From contig OZ234494.1 in assembly GCA_965153455.1 (NCBI GenBank), forward strand, positions 2,480,001 to 2,544,000: DNA of 64,000 nucleotides, given 5' to 3'. The first letter of the stretch is position 1, and every line of letters starts with the position of its first letter. Made by a program: the position numbers and the translations under genes. Below, piece after piece: positions 25,181 to 38,900 of this stretch. The DNA comes from Sphagnum compactum. Lineage: Eukaryota. Under the pieces are notes generated by a model that was given only the letters and a program-made list of their open reading frames with translations, made no database searches and was not told the DNA's origin.

Positions 25181-26477
25181 GGCATGACTCTGGACAATTG
25201 TGAATAGAGCTAGCATACTCATCCTTTCCCTTCATGATTCACATCTCCATGCACTGAAGTGGGGCACCATATGGCAACTGCCAGTTAGATTCCATGGGGA
25301 AAAAAAAACTTGGTAGAACTAATATGTATCTTCATAAGCATCCAGAACTTCTCCATACTTATGATACAAGTCAGCTTGAATAGAATTGAGATATTCCATT
25401 ATACAAGAGGTTATAAAAATTTCTGGATCTGACAACATAGCAACTACATATCATCCATCATGCCTGAAAAAAAGAGGATATCTAACACTGAAGAACAGAG
25501 AAGGAAAAACATAATGAAGCAGTTTCAACCATTAACAACAGTCAATACACATGTTCAGAGACCTTCAATAGCAGCATGTAATGGTATTGGCTATTGACCA
25601 CCTACTTACGATTAAGAAGCCCTTGAAATACCCATTTTCAAGATTCCATAAGGCAGGGGAAACACCAAACAGAAATCTGATAGCTAAGAACACTCTGATT
25701 AGGTTAATTGACAGAACCAAAAAGCAAACAGAAGGAATCATACAGGAATTCTATGCTAATATATTGAAGTTGAATTCATGAACCTCCACGTATCTGGTGC
25801 CTACATGCATCAGACTTCTTACTAAGCTCTGCAGCTGCACACTACCAAAAAAGTCTTTAGAGCATCTTCAAGAGAATGTGCACATTCATCAAACATAATG
25901 ACAGAGAAAGAAATCATTACCATTTGAGGGTTGGCTCAGCTAGTCCAGCTTCAGTAAGTGCCCTCTTGACAAATTTCAGCATGGCAACTGACAAACAATA
26001 TTGCAACTTGAAAGTCTCTGGAGACTTACATGTAAGGAGGAGTGCACATGCATGACACATCCTTCAGAATTCCAACAAAACTCCACACTTCAATCCCACC
26101 TCTTCACAGCACAATTTTTAGTACTGGAAGTATGGCAAAATCTCAATGGAGGACTTCTAAATCTCAATGGTTTCTAAATCTTGATGATAATTACATGGCA
26201 TCATCGGTCTCACAGGACTTTCTCTAATCAGCAGATACTTTACTAGCTGTTACAAAAGAATTCAATGCAAGGAAATACACAGGTAACAGAGGCACAATGT
26301 AATTGACAATCCTTGGTTCATAGATCCAAGTGAAGTAGAATGGCCTCATTAACCTTCAAAAATGACTGAGAGCACGTACACTAGTGATTGTGATCAAGCC
26401 TTCCCAAGGATGAAGAGATAACTGGCGTTGCCAATGATGTATCCTCTTCTTGAGGATGGATCAGATGAACACACAGA

Positions 26478-29400
26478 TCAACTCACTAGTTGAGGATTTG
26501 AGAACACCAGAACAGAGGATACATTACCTAGGGCAGAAGCAGCAGATTCAACATGCTGCAACAGGTAGTCATAGATCTTCTTCCTTAATCTGGCTTTGGT
26601 ATCCTCTAATTTGGTGTTGAGCACTGCATCTTCCACAACACCCACCTGATCTAGCCAGTCATTCACTCTTTTCAGCTGTGATAATATGCCTGCAATATGA
26701 AAGTTTTCTTGTTGACTCATCATAACTTTCTCCATCCCTTCCTTACAGCCTTCATTTGCAGCCTGGAAGCCATTATCAAGAGCCCCCTCCATAAACTCAA
26801 GGAACCAGCGTTGTGTTTCAGACTCAAGCTGCTTTGCAAGCTCTGCTACTTCCATCATGCCCTTTCCCTTGACCCAAGGCGAGGAAATTGGTGGAAGAGG
26901 TGCATTTTGCACCTTAGCCTGTGTTCCAGGTGTGATCTTGCTTGAAACTTTTGCACTGGTCTTCCTCAGACTCACTCTGCTACCACTGTGCTGTGCAATA
27001 GTCTGCACTGGTACTTTCAATGGAGGTTGTTGTCGCAACTCTGCAGCATCTTGCCTCCTCTCATTTCCACTTTGTGTCATAGATGACAAAGCTGTCCTGG
27101 ACTTGACAGAAGATGTGGTTGTTGACAAACATGCTTTAGCTAATGGTGGTGAGGTACTATGAACTCTTGGTATTGAGCATGGTGTCCCATCCAGTGCAAC
27201 CACCAGTTGCTGGTTAATGACCTTCTTAACAGAACTGCGAGCTCCACCTTCCTTACTCCGTAGTGAGAAGGATGCCAAGTCTGATGATAAGGCTGCATTC
27301 ACCCATCCAGCTGCACATTGTGCCTTCTGTGCAGCATCTTCAGCCTTTCCAGTGGAGATTTCTTTTGCTGCTGTATCTGGATTACTCCTTACACTGGCGA
27401 GTGCATTAGCCACTGCTACTGCATGTTTGAGAGACTGGTGAAGGCTTAGGAACTGCTCTACAGACTGCTGAGGGAACTCTGTCTTTGCACATGAGCACAG
27501 CTCTGCAAACATACTGCAAACAATTACAACTTTCCGTCAGTGACAGAGTTTGTATTGTAAGAAGCTGGCAAACTGGCATCTCATTTCTGCAAAAAAAGAG
27601 TGCTAAATTGAACAGTTGACTCCTGTGAGGCCAAAACTCTTCCAAGGTTTTACTGACATCGATAGGCTGCTCTTTTGAAATTGTTGACTCCACATACATA
27701 ATCAGATTCAGCTTGAACACTAACCCTTAATAATCAAACCTAACCTGCTGAACACCTCTTGTATCCATCACTTAATTTGAGAGACATCCACTGTTCATTT
27801 TGCAAATGACTCTTCCCACTCCCATGAGCTGGACTTGCTTGATTTCAAGAGAGTGGTGTTTTGAGGAACTTCAGAAAATCTGAATATACTCTCAGGAATT
27901 ATTCTGTATGATCAGAAACCACTTGTTTGAATTTGTTGCTGTTGTAAATGTGTGATTTGATTAGCTGTACATTGAGCTCCTAGTACTTGCCTGAGGCCCC
28001 TAAGTACACTCTCAGCTGCTGAAGCCTCTTGTAGAGCCTCTGTGGCAGCTAATGAAGCTGCATCTCTTGTTTGTAAAGCTTTCTGCAATATTGCACAAAA
28101 AAATGTCAATGCATCACATGGCATTAATTGCTGCAAAGCTGAAAATACCCTGCCAAACAAGAGTTGCTGTTTGAATGTAAGTAGAGAAAGTCATGTAATA
28201 GAGACTGAATGAACAATATCATAAGTGGTGCTATGATTAGGAAAATATACCATTCTAGGCAGACATGTAAGAGCTAGCTGTGAAGAGCATCCTCAATGAC
28301 CAATGCATCAACAATACTGTAATATTGTGTCTTGCAAATGCGCCATTGGTGATATTACATGTACAGGCTTGTGCCACACAAGTACCTTTCCCAATGACTG
28401 AAGCGTTCCTCGAAGTGAACCCCATGAGACACTGCTGTTTGTCAATTTTGAGATCAAGTCTGTCTCCTTCCCAGTATGAGCTGGGGTAGGATCTGGAGGT
28501 GAAGCAGGTGTCACATGAGTAGCACCATTGCTTGTTTTGCTATTGGATTTTCCAGGCACTGCTTCCAGCGATGAAGGGCCCTTGTCTGGTGAAGCATTTG
28601 AGCTGATGTCATTGAGTGTCCTTGAGCAAGATACCTAAACAAGAGAGAAAATCAATAGTCATGAGGAACCCCCAACAAAGACCACCAACAAAAAATGTTA
28701 TCCATTTATCCCTGTAAATATTGAGCAATCTCCATACTATAGTATTTTGAGTCAACCTGCAAAAGGAATTCTCAGAGGACCTGTGATAATAAGGTTGATG
28801 AGATTTCAGACTGAACAAGAGATCTAATAACATCAAAAGAAGAACAAACAGTTGGTGCAAATTCTGCAAGCAACAGGAGCATTTCAAGACACTATCTATT
28901 TCTCTTGAAACCTGTTGACAAGGAAAATTATAATCTGATCCATGCTCCATCCCTAAAGAGATGAAGCACAAACATTGTTATGCATAAGTTCACTCCAAAG
29001 ACAACCTCCATGGCAAGGGCCCAACAGTGTCAGCAACCCACAACCTATCTCTTGTACAATCCGAATAGGAGCTGCTATTCTCATTCTTCTAAAGCACTTG
29101 GAGCACAGACATGGGTATACAAGCTCCTAAACAATCATAGGAATGGAACATCATTTGCCTTATCCTGCACTAAATGACGGAGGCTGGAGCACTTACAACC
29201 GTGCAAAACTTGGACACCTATCGTCAGTGTATGTCAAGAAATAGAGAAGGAGAACCCTATGTCCAGTTGCAAATTCTTTGCAATTACTGCAATAGGTACC
29301 AAGAGTATGAGGGAGAGAGAGAAGAGTGTAAAATTTGCTTACGGAGGACGACCGAGGAGCAGCAGCCTTCACTTGTTGTTTGGCTTGATTTGGAGTGGTA

Positions 29401-30638
29401 CGATCTTTAGCATCCTTTGCACCATTGGATCCCTCCCAGCTTTTCCTCAGACACTTTTTAGTAGCAGTAATGATCTCTCCTGATCGACACCCGGCACCTA
29501 TGGAGCGCCGCTTGCCCGAATCCACCACTTGCACCACTTTCCCCGCGCTCACGGATCGTTTTAGAGTTGGAGAGACTTCCTCAGACCTGGAAGAAACTGA
29601 TTCCTTGTAAGGGATCTTTCTATCTTCCGGGCACGCAATTACTCTCCCTGACAACAATACTGTGTCTCCAGACGTCCTCGACATGTCCAGAAACGATGCA
29701 TTGGTTGGGGATTGCGGCTTTACTGACGGAGTTGCTGCCGCCTTGGGCATGCTCTTATTAGGTGAGGAGGAGCAATCAGGAAAACCCTTGGAGTTCGCTG
29801 CTCTTGTTGTTGTTCGTCGTAAGCTCGATCTCCCTTCATCATTTTCTCTCTCGTCGACAGTTGCTAGATTGCTCTCCTCCAATGCGGAGAGATTGGATTT
29901 TCCCAGCGAGCTTCCTGACAGCCTTTCTGTAAGCTGCGCTCCAAAGTCGTCTGAAGAGATTTCGACGGCATCCTCTGATGATGTAAGTTCATGCATGATT
30001 TCGTTTTTCTTCACCTGCAAAGAAGAAGTGTTGGCTTGAGAAAGGTTGGGGCCTTTGAGATGGTGGGCAGTTGCTGATGATGACTCTACAGACTTGTCTA
30101 AACTATTCTCCTCTGCAGAGGATGATCGATTTCCCCGGCACCCCGATGAGGAGGAGCTGCAAGAAAGATCACCATGGTGACCAGCTCCGGTTATGGTCTC
30201 TGAATTGCAAAGATCCGGATGAATGAGATCAGGATGATGCTGGATCGGGAAGTCTCTGGACCTCGCGGTAACGATTGTGGCAATGAGATCTTCGGGAGTT
30301 CCTACGCACGGATGTCTGCCTGCAAGCGGCCTGACACCTCTAAGTAGAGGAACCGGCGAGCCTGCTTCAAGCCTGTCAACATGGATAAACTGTCCCAGCT
30401 GCAGCTTATCACTGAGAATGAGATCGTCGTGCTCCTCTGCCAGTGAGACATACGTTGCATGAGACGAGTCCGAGACTTTGATGTAGAAACCCTGGTTCGG
30501 CCAAAGCTCACTGCCTGCAAGAGCAGGTACAATACTAATCACTTGCAGCAGAGCAGACCGGTGCTCTCCCGTGACCTTCACATCCGAGTTCATGTACTGA
30601 AGGAGCTTCAAGAGAACACCAGGGGTTAAACTCGCCAT
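26478..30638 (-). CDS. DUF936-domain protein (CORD-like cortical microtubule-associated protein), 4 exons, ~890 aa
   Basis: N-terminus [110 protein letters not shown] is the DUF936 signature. C-terminal block [72 protein letters not shown]. Exons (minus): 30638-29343, 28634-28386, 28082-27991, 27513-26478; the third intron is GC-AG. Confidence 0.93.
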
Positions 30639-31152
30639 TGTCACTTTCTCCAATCACGTTTCTCAGGAGAGTGAGTTCGTTCTTGGCGAATTCAAGATGC
30701 GCCGCGAAGGCAAACAATCCACCGATGTCTAGACATCAGGAATTCACGAGCGCCTCGCTTCTATTCCTCGTTCTCATGGAACTGCACGAGCTTTGGAAAC
30801 CGTCCGTCTACAGCGTCCACATCCAAGCTCCTCCTCCTCCTCGCAGCGCCATTCGATCTCTACCGACAAGAGCTAGCTGGTGCAACGTTCGATCCACGAA
30901 GCTCGGACTTCCTGGAGGAGGAAACGCATTCAAGACCGAGTCTCAAACAAATTTTGTCCGAATCGCGCCGAAAACACACCAAAGAAAGTTCCGAAAACAC
31001 AAACGAAATCCAATGCACGTCGAAACAGCCATAACCGATCACCACTGCGCAAGCGGTAAAGAACAAGGAGACGCGAGGTCGCCACCCTCTCATCCAAAGC
31101 GTACAAAAAAAGATCTATCCCGAACGTACAATTCTATCACAAAAGGTTATAT

Positions 31153-31174
31153 CACACACACACACACACACACA

Positions 31175-31209
<35 letters not shown>
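31153..31209. repeat. Compound (CA)n(CT)n microsatellite in the DUF936 gene 5' region
   Basis: CACACA..CATTCTCTCT.. read directly. Confidence 0.9.
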
Positions 31210-31211
<2 letters not shown>

Positions 31212-33439
31212 AGTTGATAGAGAGGAAGATACTTACAAGTCGCGGGGAAAGTCCCGAGAGCAGCAAAACCCATCAAAAACAAGTCCGCTGATGCAGCTCC
31301 ACATGCGTCTAGAAATCGCCACAGAACTCCAAAATGCGAGAAATTTGGTTTAAAAGAAACAGGAAACCGTGGAAATTCGAGTGGAATGAACTAAATATCG
31401 CCATCGACGACAAGGAACGAGGATTAACAGCCAAAAACAATTGCGAGATTTGCATCTTAGACGACACCAAGAGCTTGGCGACGGCCTTTCAACAGACCTA
31501 GTCTCGCTTTTTGTTTGCAGTCTACTCCTAGGCACCCTACACGTAGCTACCTACACCAGTCTAGCTGGTACCTACCTATATATTATCTACCAACCTAGCA
31601 ATAGACATAGCTAGCTAGCTACATACCTACCTGCTTTGAAATCTGATGCAATCAATTTCCTTTCTTTTTTAAATTGAAAAGAAAAAAGGAGGAGGACCCA
31701 AACAAATGGAGCTTTTCTTTTTCTTTTTCTTTTTCTTTCTCTTTTTCATTTTACATCAAGGGGATATAAGCTCCAAATTTTTAAGAAATAAAGTTCAATG
31801 TTATTATTTTTAAAATAATTAAAAGAGAGAAAAGCTTGTCTTTCCTTTACCGTGATTGTCTTGAGATTGTCCCATATTTGCAAATCTGACCCACCACCCT
31901 CTGCAAACCAAAAAAAAAGAAAATAAATAGTCCCCAAAGTTGGGAACTTACAAATTCAATAAATAGGCTAGTGGCTAAGTCTTGAATAGAGTCTATGGCA
32001 TCCACCATGTCAATGGTTGTGGGTTCAAATCATTGCAAAGTCAATTCCCCCAATTATAATTGTAAATGGCCCACAAATGATACTAGTCACAATTTTTGAA
32101 CCCTATAATGTTGCTAAACAAGAACAGATGATTTTTTGGCCTGATCAAACAAACTCTCTTTTTCTTTTTTTTTGTTTCAACCCTCTCTGTATACAGACAA
32201 GGGTTATAATATTAGTTTTATAATATTATTTATTTATTTATTTATTACCTTGTTATAATATTATTTTAGTAATATAGAAAAGGTGTTGAGTAGGCTTGTG
32301 TGTCGATGTACAGAGAAATTGTTATGGCCAATGAAATTGTTTGATTTGGTGGTTTGAATGTATTTGAAAACGCAACAGTTATTTTGGAATACTAAAACTA
32401 AGAATGGATTTTGTTATTGAGAGTTAAGGCATTGCCTTCCTTGACCAACACATTCAACCAAGCTTTGAAAGCTTTTTGAGCTTTGACCCATCCTTCCTCT
32501 CAGGGTATGTCCTTGGGAGGGGAGGCTTAGCTAAGTCATGGGTCATTGGGAATGGTTGGGAATGGTATCCGATAAAGATTGTTTGGCATAAGTGAATTTC
32601 GAAAATACCCTACATGATTAGTATGATCGTGTGATGAATATTTGGGGGGGTTTCAAATTGGAACTTGAGCAACACCCCGATTCTTATCTCTTGGAAATGA
32701 TACAAAGCATCCTAGTCTAATTGCGAAGGTGAAAGGGTTGGTGGTTGTAATGGGTGAACAAAATATGGCGCCATGCAAATGCACAAATTTGCATTGTTGT
32801 GAGATTTTTGTACTAACACCTTGCTTGTGAGTTTTTAGTAGGTAGGGAACTGAGCTAGAGAACTGGAACCCAACAGAAAACTGTTTCCTGACCACGTACC
32901 ATTCATCCTTCATGGTGCGCTGGTGGGTGCTGGTTGTTCACTGTAGCCATTTTCTCTTCTCTCTTTCTCTGTTTCTTTTTTTCCTTTTTGCCTTTTTTTT
33001 TTTTGGCCTTTTTCAACTTTTTCCCCTTTCCTTCTTGTGAAGGACAAGAAGAACCAGGTTACCAAACTCCAAGTCAACATGCAAAAAAGAAAAGAAAAAG
33101 TGGAGCCAAAAATACAGCACTACATGGTTGACCAGATCTACCTTGCAATAAGTGTACTTGGGGTTTCCTTGCCCTTGTTTATTTTCCTTATCGTATTTCT
33201 TTTTTTCTCAAGAAGAAAATAAAGCTCATCACTATAAAGTAATTCTCGACTAAAACACACAATCAGTGAATAGAGCACACTTGCATTGTGCTAAGAAAGA
33301 ATAATTGTTTAAAAGCACAACAAAACCACCCGCTTGTTGAGTTCTTTTTACATTGATGTAATAAACACACAATAGATTTGGGAAATGTACAAGGGATAAG
33401 AAAAAGGAAATGGAGATTTTATGGACGTCAAGTTATCTC

Positions 33440-35990
33440 AAGCTAGAAGTCAAAATCTCTCCATGACAAAAATTGACCATCTATAGTAGGTTGGCCATAT
33501 TTCATCAAGTCAAAAACCTACCACCTATAATAGGTCGGCCATGGTGATGGGAGGTGTGTTCTAAAGGATGGAAATCGGGAAGTAGCTAAGGTTATAGCCA
33601 CTGCCCGATTTAAGACGGAAGGTGTTTGCATCCTTTGTGATGTGATTGAAATCTTTTGATGAAGAAAAATAACCAAGATAGAAAGATGAGGGCCTTCTAG
33701 CCTTTTCAAGTTCCAAAGGTATTGACACAATTGTGTAAAAACACATCAACTTGTTTGTGTAAACATCCAAATACCTCAATTGCTAAAAGGAGGAATTGAT
33801 CAGTGGGATGTTGGTCGCAATAGTTCTTTTCTTTGGCTTCGCATTAAAGGCAACAAATCCTTGGGCTGCACAAGATCAGGGAAATAAATATGCTTGTGTT
33901 GGGTCGGCAATGACAATGTTGACTAGGGTGCGAATGCCATTTTGGATGAGCACAATGTCAACTTGTCGACAAGAGGAGTTGACTGCGGTTGAAGGAAGCA
34001 CATGTAATTGTTTTCGTCCCACGTGGAAGTTAACAAATCATGCAATGGTAACAAAAGTGTTACAAACTATATCATGGGTTCCCATGCATTTGTTGCCATG
34101 AATGTAATATAAAAGGTGGATACACATAAGGTCGATGGGATGTGTGCACAAGCATTGAGGGATATCTGCAATTGAAGATTGAGGTAGTCCAAGTCACATT
34201 TGAAGTGTTATGGAAAATAATTGGGGAAAATAATTGAATGGTTAGAAATATTAGTCGAGTTGTAAACCAAACATTTGCCATTGAGTCAAAACATGATAAA
34301 ATTTGAGCACGATGGGCCTTAAATATCCCATCGAAAAACATGTTGGAAAAGGTATGATGGTGCAAATGCTCTAAGATGGAATTTTGAAATCAAACTATTT
34401 GTTGCCCAATGAATTATTCAAACGAAGGAAAACACATATGAGCTTAAGGTAGTAGAAGATCACATGTTGTCTTTAGGTGTTGCTGGATTAAAAAGGTGTT
34501 GTTGTCGACTTGTGCTAAGGCTTCAAGAAGGAAAGGACGTTGATCAAACATAAACTTAATAGCTATGATTGAAGCTACAAAGGCCCAATTCCCTTAAATA
34601 GGTTATAGGGGCAATGGTGGCTATTGGTATGAACTCGATGCCACCGAACGTTAATTGGAAGAGAAGCTTATTTATTGGCTACAGGTCCTTTTAAATTATC
34701 AAATGATCTTGGACCTAAAAGGTGCCTAAACATTTTAAAAATGTAGAAATCAAAAGAAGTAAGGGATTCTATGAAGGCGAAAGAGGGAGGTGTGCATTGT
34801 AAGAGATACAATGGCTGTTGCATGAAGCAATGAATTAGAATTCCAAAGGCCACCTAAACATCAACCATTTTAAGGAGAAGGTCCATGTGATGAACATCCT
34901 CTAGCAAGGCATTTTTTATGAAAGATGATATGAATGATGAGGTACGCAATGGAACCCCCAAGACTCTAATTCCTTTTGATGGGGTGGTAAACTGGGATGG
35001 GGTGTTGAAATCAAGCAACATGTCAAAGGGTGACCATGCTACACATTTTTTAAGTTTAATGAAAACACTTATCGCACAGAGTTCAATTTGGAAATGTTCA
35101 TATGCAAATGATACAATTGAAAAAGGATTATGATGTGAGTGTCATCTACAATGGATGGAAATAAATAAGAAAGGAAACGACTAACTGTAGAACGTAAAGC
35201 CTTAAAATGGACTAAAATAAATAATACCCTCCCAAGGGATTACCTTGATAGGTTCCCATGGTAAATGGGATGACTATGACATCACCTTCATGATTATGAT
35301 GACTGTAAAACATAGGAGATTCAAATGCATAGAATGCACGAACAAAGGGGATGAGTTGTATGATGTCTCCACTTGCTACACAAAGTTTTTGAAATATGAC
35401 CCTTCTTAACACCGAATTGAAGGCGTTTGCCACATCTAATTGGAAAACAACCCATTCATGGTGAAGGTCCAAGGTGCATTTGATGCCATGGATTATTGTT
35501 TCACAATTGCTTTTAATTACAATTCTGAATTGGTGTGGGGAAAAATGTGTTGCAAAGGCATCGTTGAATTAAAAGCATAAAGCGTGACTTGTGAATCGAT
35601 ACAATGCTTCCCCCATTACAATGGGACGAACTCCACTTAAAAGTTTGGTTATGGTTAAGAGGTGGGCTGCTCTAAGGACATGTGCAATTCAAGGTGGAAT
35701 GTGACTTTATGCAATATGAAAACAAAGCTAAACAAGTGAGGGAATCCATTTGCTAAATCTTTTGGGTGAAAATAATCCCAAAGGTGTTCAAAAACCATCC
35801 TAGAAATACCACTTGTTGATAAATGCGACATGCATTGAAATGCTAGCTTGAAGGAATCAAAAGAATGTTCAAGGTCCTAGTTTGGCTATAGTTTTCAAGA
35901 AAAAACAAGGAGTCATCATATTCATAGTGTAATGCAGTGAAAGCTAAGGTGGTCTTAGAAAATGTGGGTGTAAGGGAAAATGGTGCCAAG
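33440..35990 (-). mobile_element. Degenerate non-LTR retrotransposon of CRE-like/RLE type (RT + restriction-like endonuclease)
   Basis: Minus-strand fragments with stops and frameshifts: GVRPIVMGEALYR, VFQLDVANAFNSV..GTYQGNPLGG, PSIVDDTHI (RT), then RQVDIVLIQNGIRTLVNIVIADPT and PTDQFLLLAIEVFGCL (RLE-type endonuclease region). Boundaries approximate. Confidence 0.75.
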
Positions 35991-36349
35991 TACAAAATTA
36001 ACCATAATACTTTATTGTGTACACTAATCAAGTTGAAGTAAAAGATTCAAAGACCCTTTTTTTTACATGAATAAAAAAAATACAAAATTGTAGGCAATTC
36101 ACACATCTATTTGTGCAATTGAAACGCCCCTATGATATTACGTACATAACTCTTTATCAAATATAAACCACTAAATTAGATCCTTGCCTCAAAACCATAA
36201 CCCCAAAAAAGTTAAAATAAAATTTGGAATAAAGATTACTTATTACCTCCAAATTTAATGACATGGTATCATTGATATTAATATAGCTTGTGTTGTGGGC
36301 CCAAGTGTTACCATGTCCTCAACTGATTTTCCCTTCCAAAACCTAGTTT

Positions 36350-37130
36350 TTTGGAATTTATTTGAATTTTCAATGGCAAAAATCACTTAAAAATCAATAT
36401 GTCCCACATTTTGAATCTAAATTTACCAAATAAATTTCATTAAATCTTGATCATCAAGATTTTTCTAAAAACACCAAAGGCACATTCCAATTCTTTGAAA
36501 TTTTCACTTACAATTTATTTTAATTTCTAATGAAAATCATTCAATATTCAAAAACTTTTGCACTACAAGTCCAATGTCATGGAACCAAGCCAATGCACCC
36601 CTCTTCATCAAGAGCATTGCAAAAACACCAAGAACATGATCTTAAGCACCTTGGTTCAGTGGATCTCATAACTACAAACAAAACAAACTACCTTCCTTCA
36701 TACATAGATATGTAGGATGTTGGGTGCTATTTACAAGCCTAAAGGTTAACACATGTGTGCCACCATCCTAGCACCTATTAAGGAAGATTGTTTCTTCATT
36801 TTGTTAGGTTGAAATCTTGCAAATCATGGGTCCTTCGGCCATTTTCTTGGTACATTTAAAGAGCCCTTGATGAAATGGGTGTTCACCAAGGTGATTTTAT
36901 AATGTTTAAACATGTAACGCAAAAGTTATTCAATTTTGAATATTTTCATCGATGAAAATTCAATAAAAACTTTAAGGCTTGAAGGACATTGAGGATGTGT
37001 TTTTATATTGTTGGAAACCTTTTTTAATGAGCAAATGTGCACCAAGGTGATTTTTAAAAAATTAGGCCTTAGATGGGGTGGGAGATATTGAATTTTGATT
37101 TTTTTTTGGTCAAATTGGAAATGTGAATTT
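36350..37130. repeat. Diverged inverted pair of a ~350-bp interspersed repeat
   Basis: 36350-36710 and 36780-37130 share reverse-complement blocks, e.g. CACCCCTCTTCATCAAGAGC..CACCAAGAA vs TTCTTGGTAC..GCCCTTGATGAAATGGGTG, and AATATTCAAAAACTTTTGC vs GCAAAAGTTATTCAATTTTGAATATT. Confidence 0.55.
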
Positions 37131-37599
37131 AACATGAAACATATGTACCAAATGATAACTCAAAGGTTTGAATGTTTGTGAAATCAAAAATTTGTTGGGA
37201 CAAAACATGAAAATGTACAACTAGAATTAAAATTAGAGAAGAAATGTGACAACTTAGGCCATCTCCAATGTCCGCATGAAATGTCCTTATAACAATATTT
37301 TCTAGGACCAACCATTGTTGCTCTTATGTATTTGTGGCACTTCACAATTGATGCATTATTTCAAAAGCCTAGCCAAGAATTATAAATTTCTCTTCTCAAT
37401 TTCATAATTTGTAGTAACATACAATGCCTACAATCAAATTGTTCATTTGTTTTTATTGATGTTGCTCACCTTGTGACATAACATTTATAATTCCATTCAC
37501 ACTTGGGCATATTGTTTCTATGACTATATATGGTTACTATTTTCAAAAAAGGATTTTTCCCCAAAGAGAACAACAACTTGTGTTTCATTTATGCACATA

Positions 37600-38900
37600 T
37601 TTTAGGATCCAATCATAAGGAATGGTTAGAAAAATTCAATGTTCTAAATAGGATCTACACACATTACAACAAGAATCAACGACCTAGTTGTGTGTAAAGG
37701 TCTACAAGATTCCTAGAAATGAAATGGGGTATTATCAAACATGAAGTTAATAAATTTGTTGGAGCTTTCAATATTGTGTAACCTTTATGCAAATCTATAA
37801 TGAATAGAGAGAACACCTTGTAGACGGCACTAAAATTGTATAAAACAAAACAACAATATAGAACTTGAGTTTCACATTTTCACATTGTTGATTGGTGTTG
37901 AAAGACATGCCATGTTGGGGTGATGTGCATGATGAACCCAAGAAAAAAATTGTGCCCATAAAAAGAAAAAAGAAAAAAAATTGTTGCCACCTTTCAAGTT
38001 GATGAAAGTGAAATAGAGGTAATGTATGTTGAATACATTATTGACGAAGGTAATTAAATACAATAAAAAATTTAGTGCATGAACAAATGTGTTGTTGGGG
38101 TTCAAACAAGGGTCACAATAAGCGTGGTTGTTACCACATTAAAGAAGGCTACAATTATGGAAGATTACAGTATGATGGTTTTTTTCACACAATGCTAAAA
38201 ATGTCATTACTGTCAAAGGAAGCTTGTGAATATTTCTAGCTCCACAGGACCAAGGAGCTTAAGAAAGTTGTGAGCTTGAATAAATGATGCTTTGAATGTT
38301 GCAACTTGCCCAATTGCAATGCTTCCATTAGCTTCAACTACCCAATCTGCAACTATTACAACACCATCATCAAACAACCCTACACAAGTAAAGGAAACAA
38401 TTGTTGAACATTAGATTCTAAATATTGCATAGTAGAACTTTGGAACATGTTAGTAGAGATTTGAGGTTATCAAAAAAATGTGATAGTTCAAATGCAATTT
38501 TGATGCAAGCTCAATGTTTATTAAAATGTGAAACTATTGTTTCCTTTCATAGATGATCAATGAAATCATTGTGTCCATCGAATTAATTGTCATGTTATAG
38601 GCTAACATTCTAATCACAATAGTACACTTATGAATCGCAAACAAAGCCATGGCACTACAAGCATGTCACCTTTGGATGAAATATGTATCTTACATACTAA
38701 CCACTACAAAAAGACCAAAAGAAAAGACTTCACTCCAAAAAAATCAGTTTCAAATGCAAATTGTCATACACAAGGTTTGCAACAAAATAATTTTGCATTA
38801 TTTGCTCATCATGAAGTGCTCTATCCTTTGGCTCATAAATGTCTGGTTGGGTCTTTACAAAACATATACCTTCTAGATAAGTAGGGTTTCTATCTGGGTC
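37600..38900. mobile_element. Internally deleted PIF/Harbinger remnant: Myb/SANT-like ORF (+) and transposase fragments (-), convergent
   Basis: Plus ~37700-37930: RFLEMKWGIIKHEVNKFVG..TALKLYK..FTFSHC*LVLKDMPCW (PIF ORF1-like). Minus ~38540-38800: DTYFIQR*HACSAMALFAIHKCTIVIRMLAYN (PIF transposase N-terminal motif QKCTAAIRMLAY), joined to a C-terminal DFIDHL* motif. Confidence 0.6.

Noticed and set aside
30638..31291. 217-aa plus-strand ORF
   Set aside because: Antisense to the DUF936 leader, non-ATG start, runs through a microsatellite (THTHTHSLSLSL), no domain.
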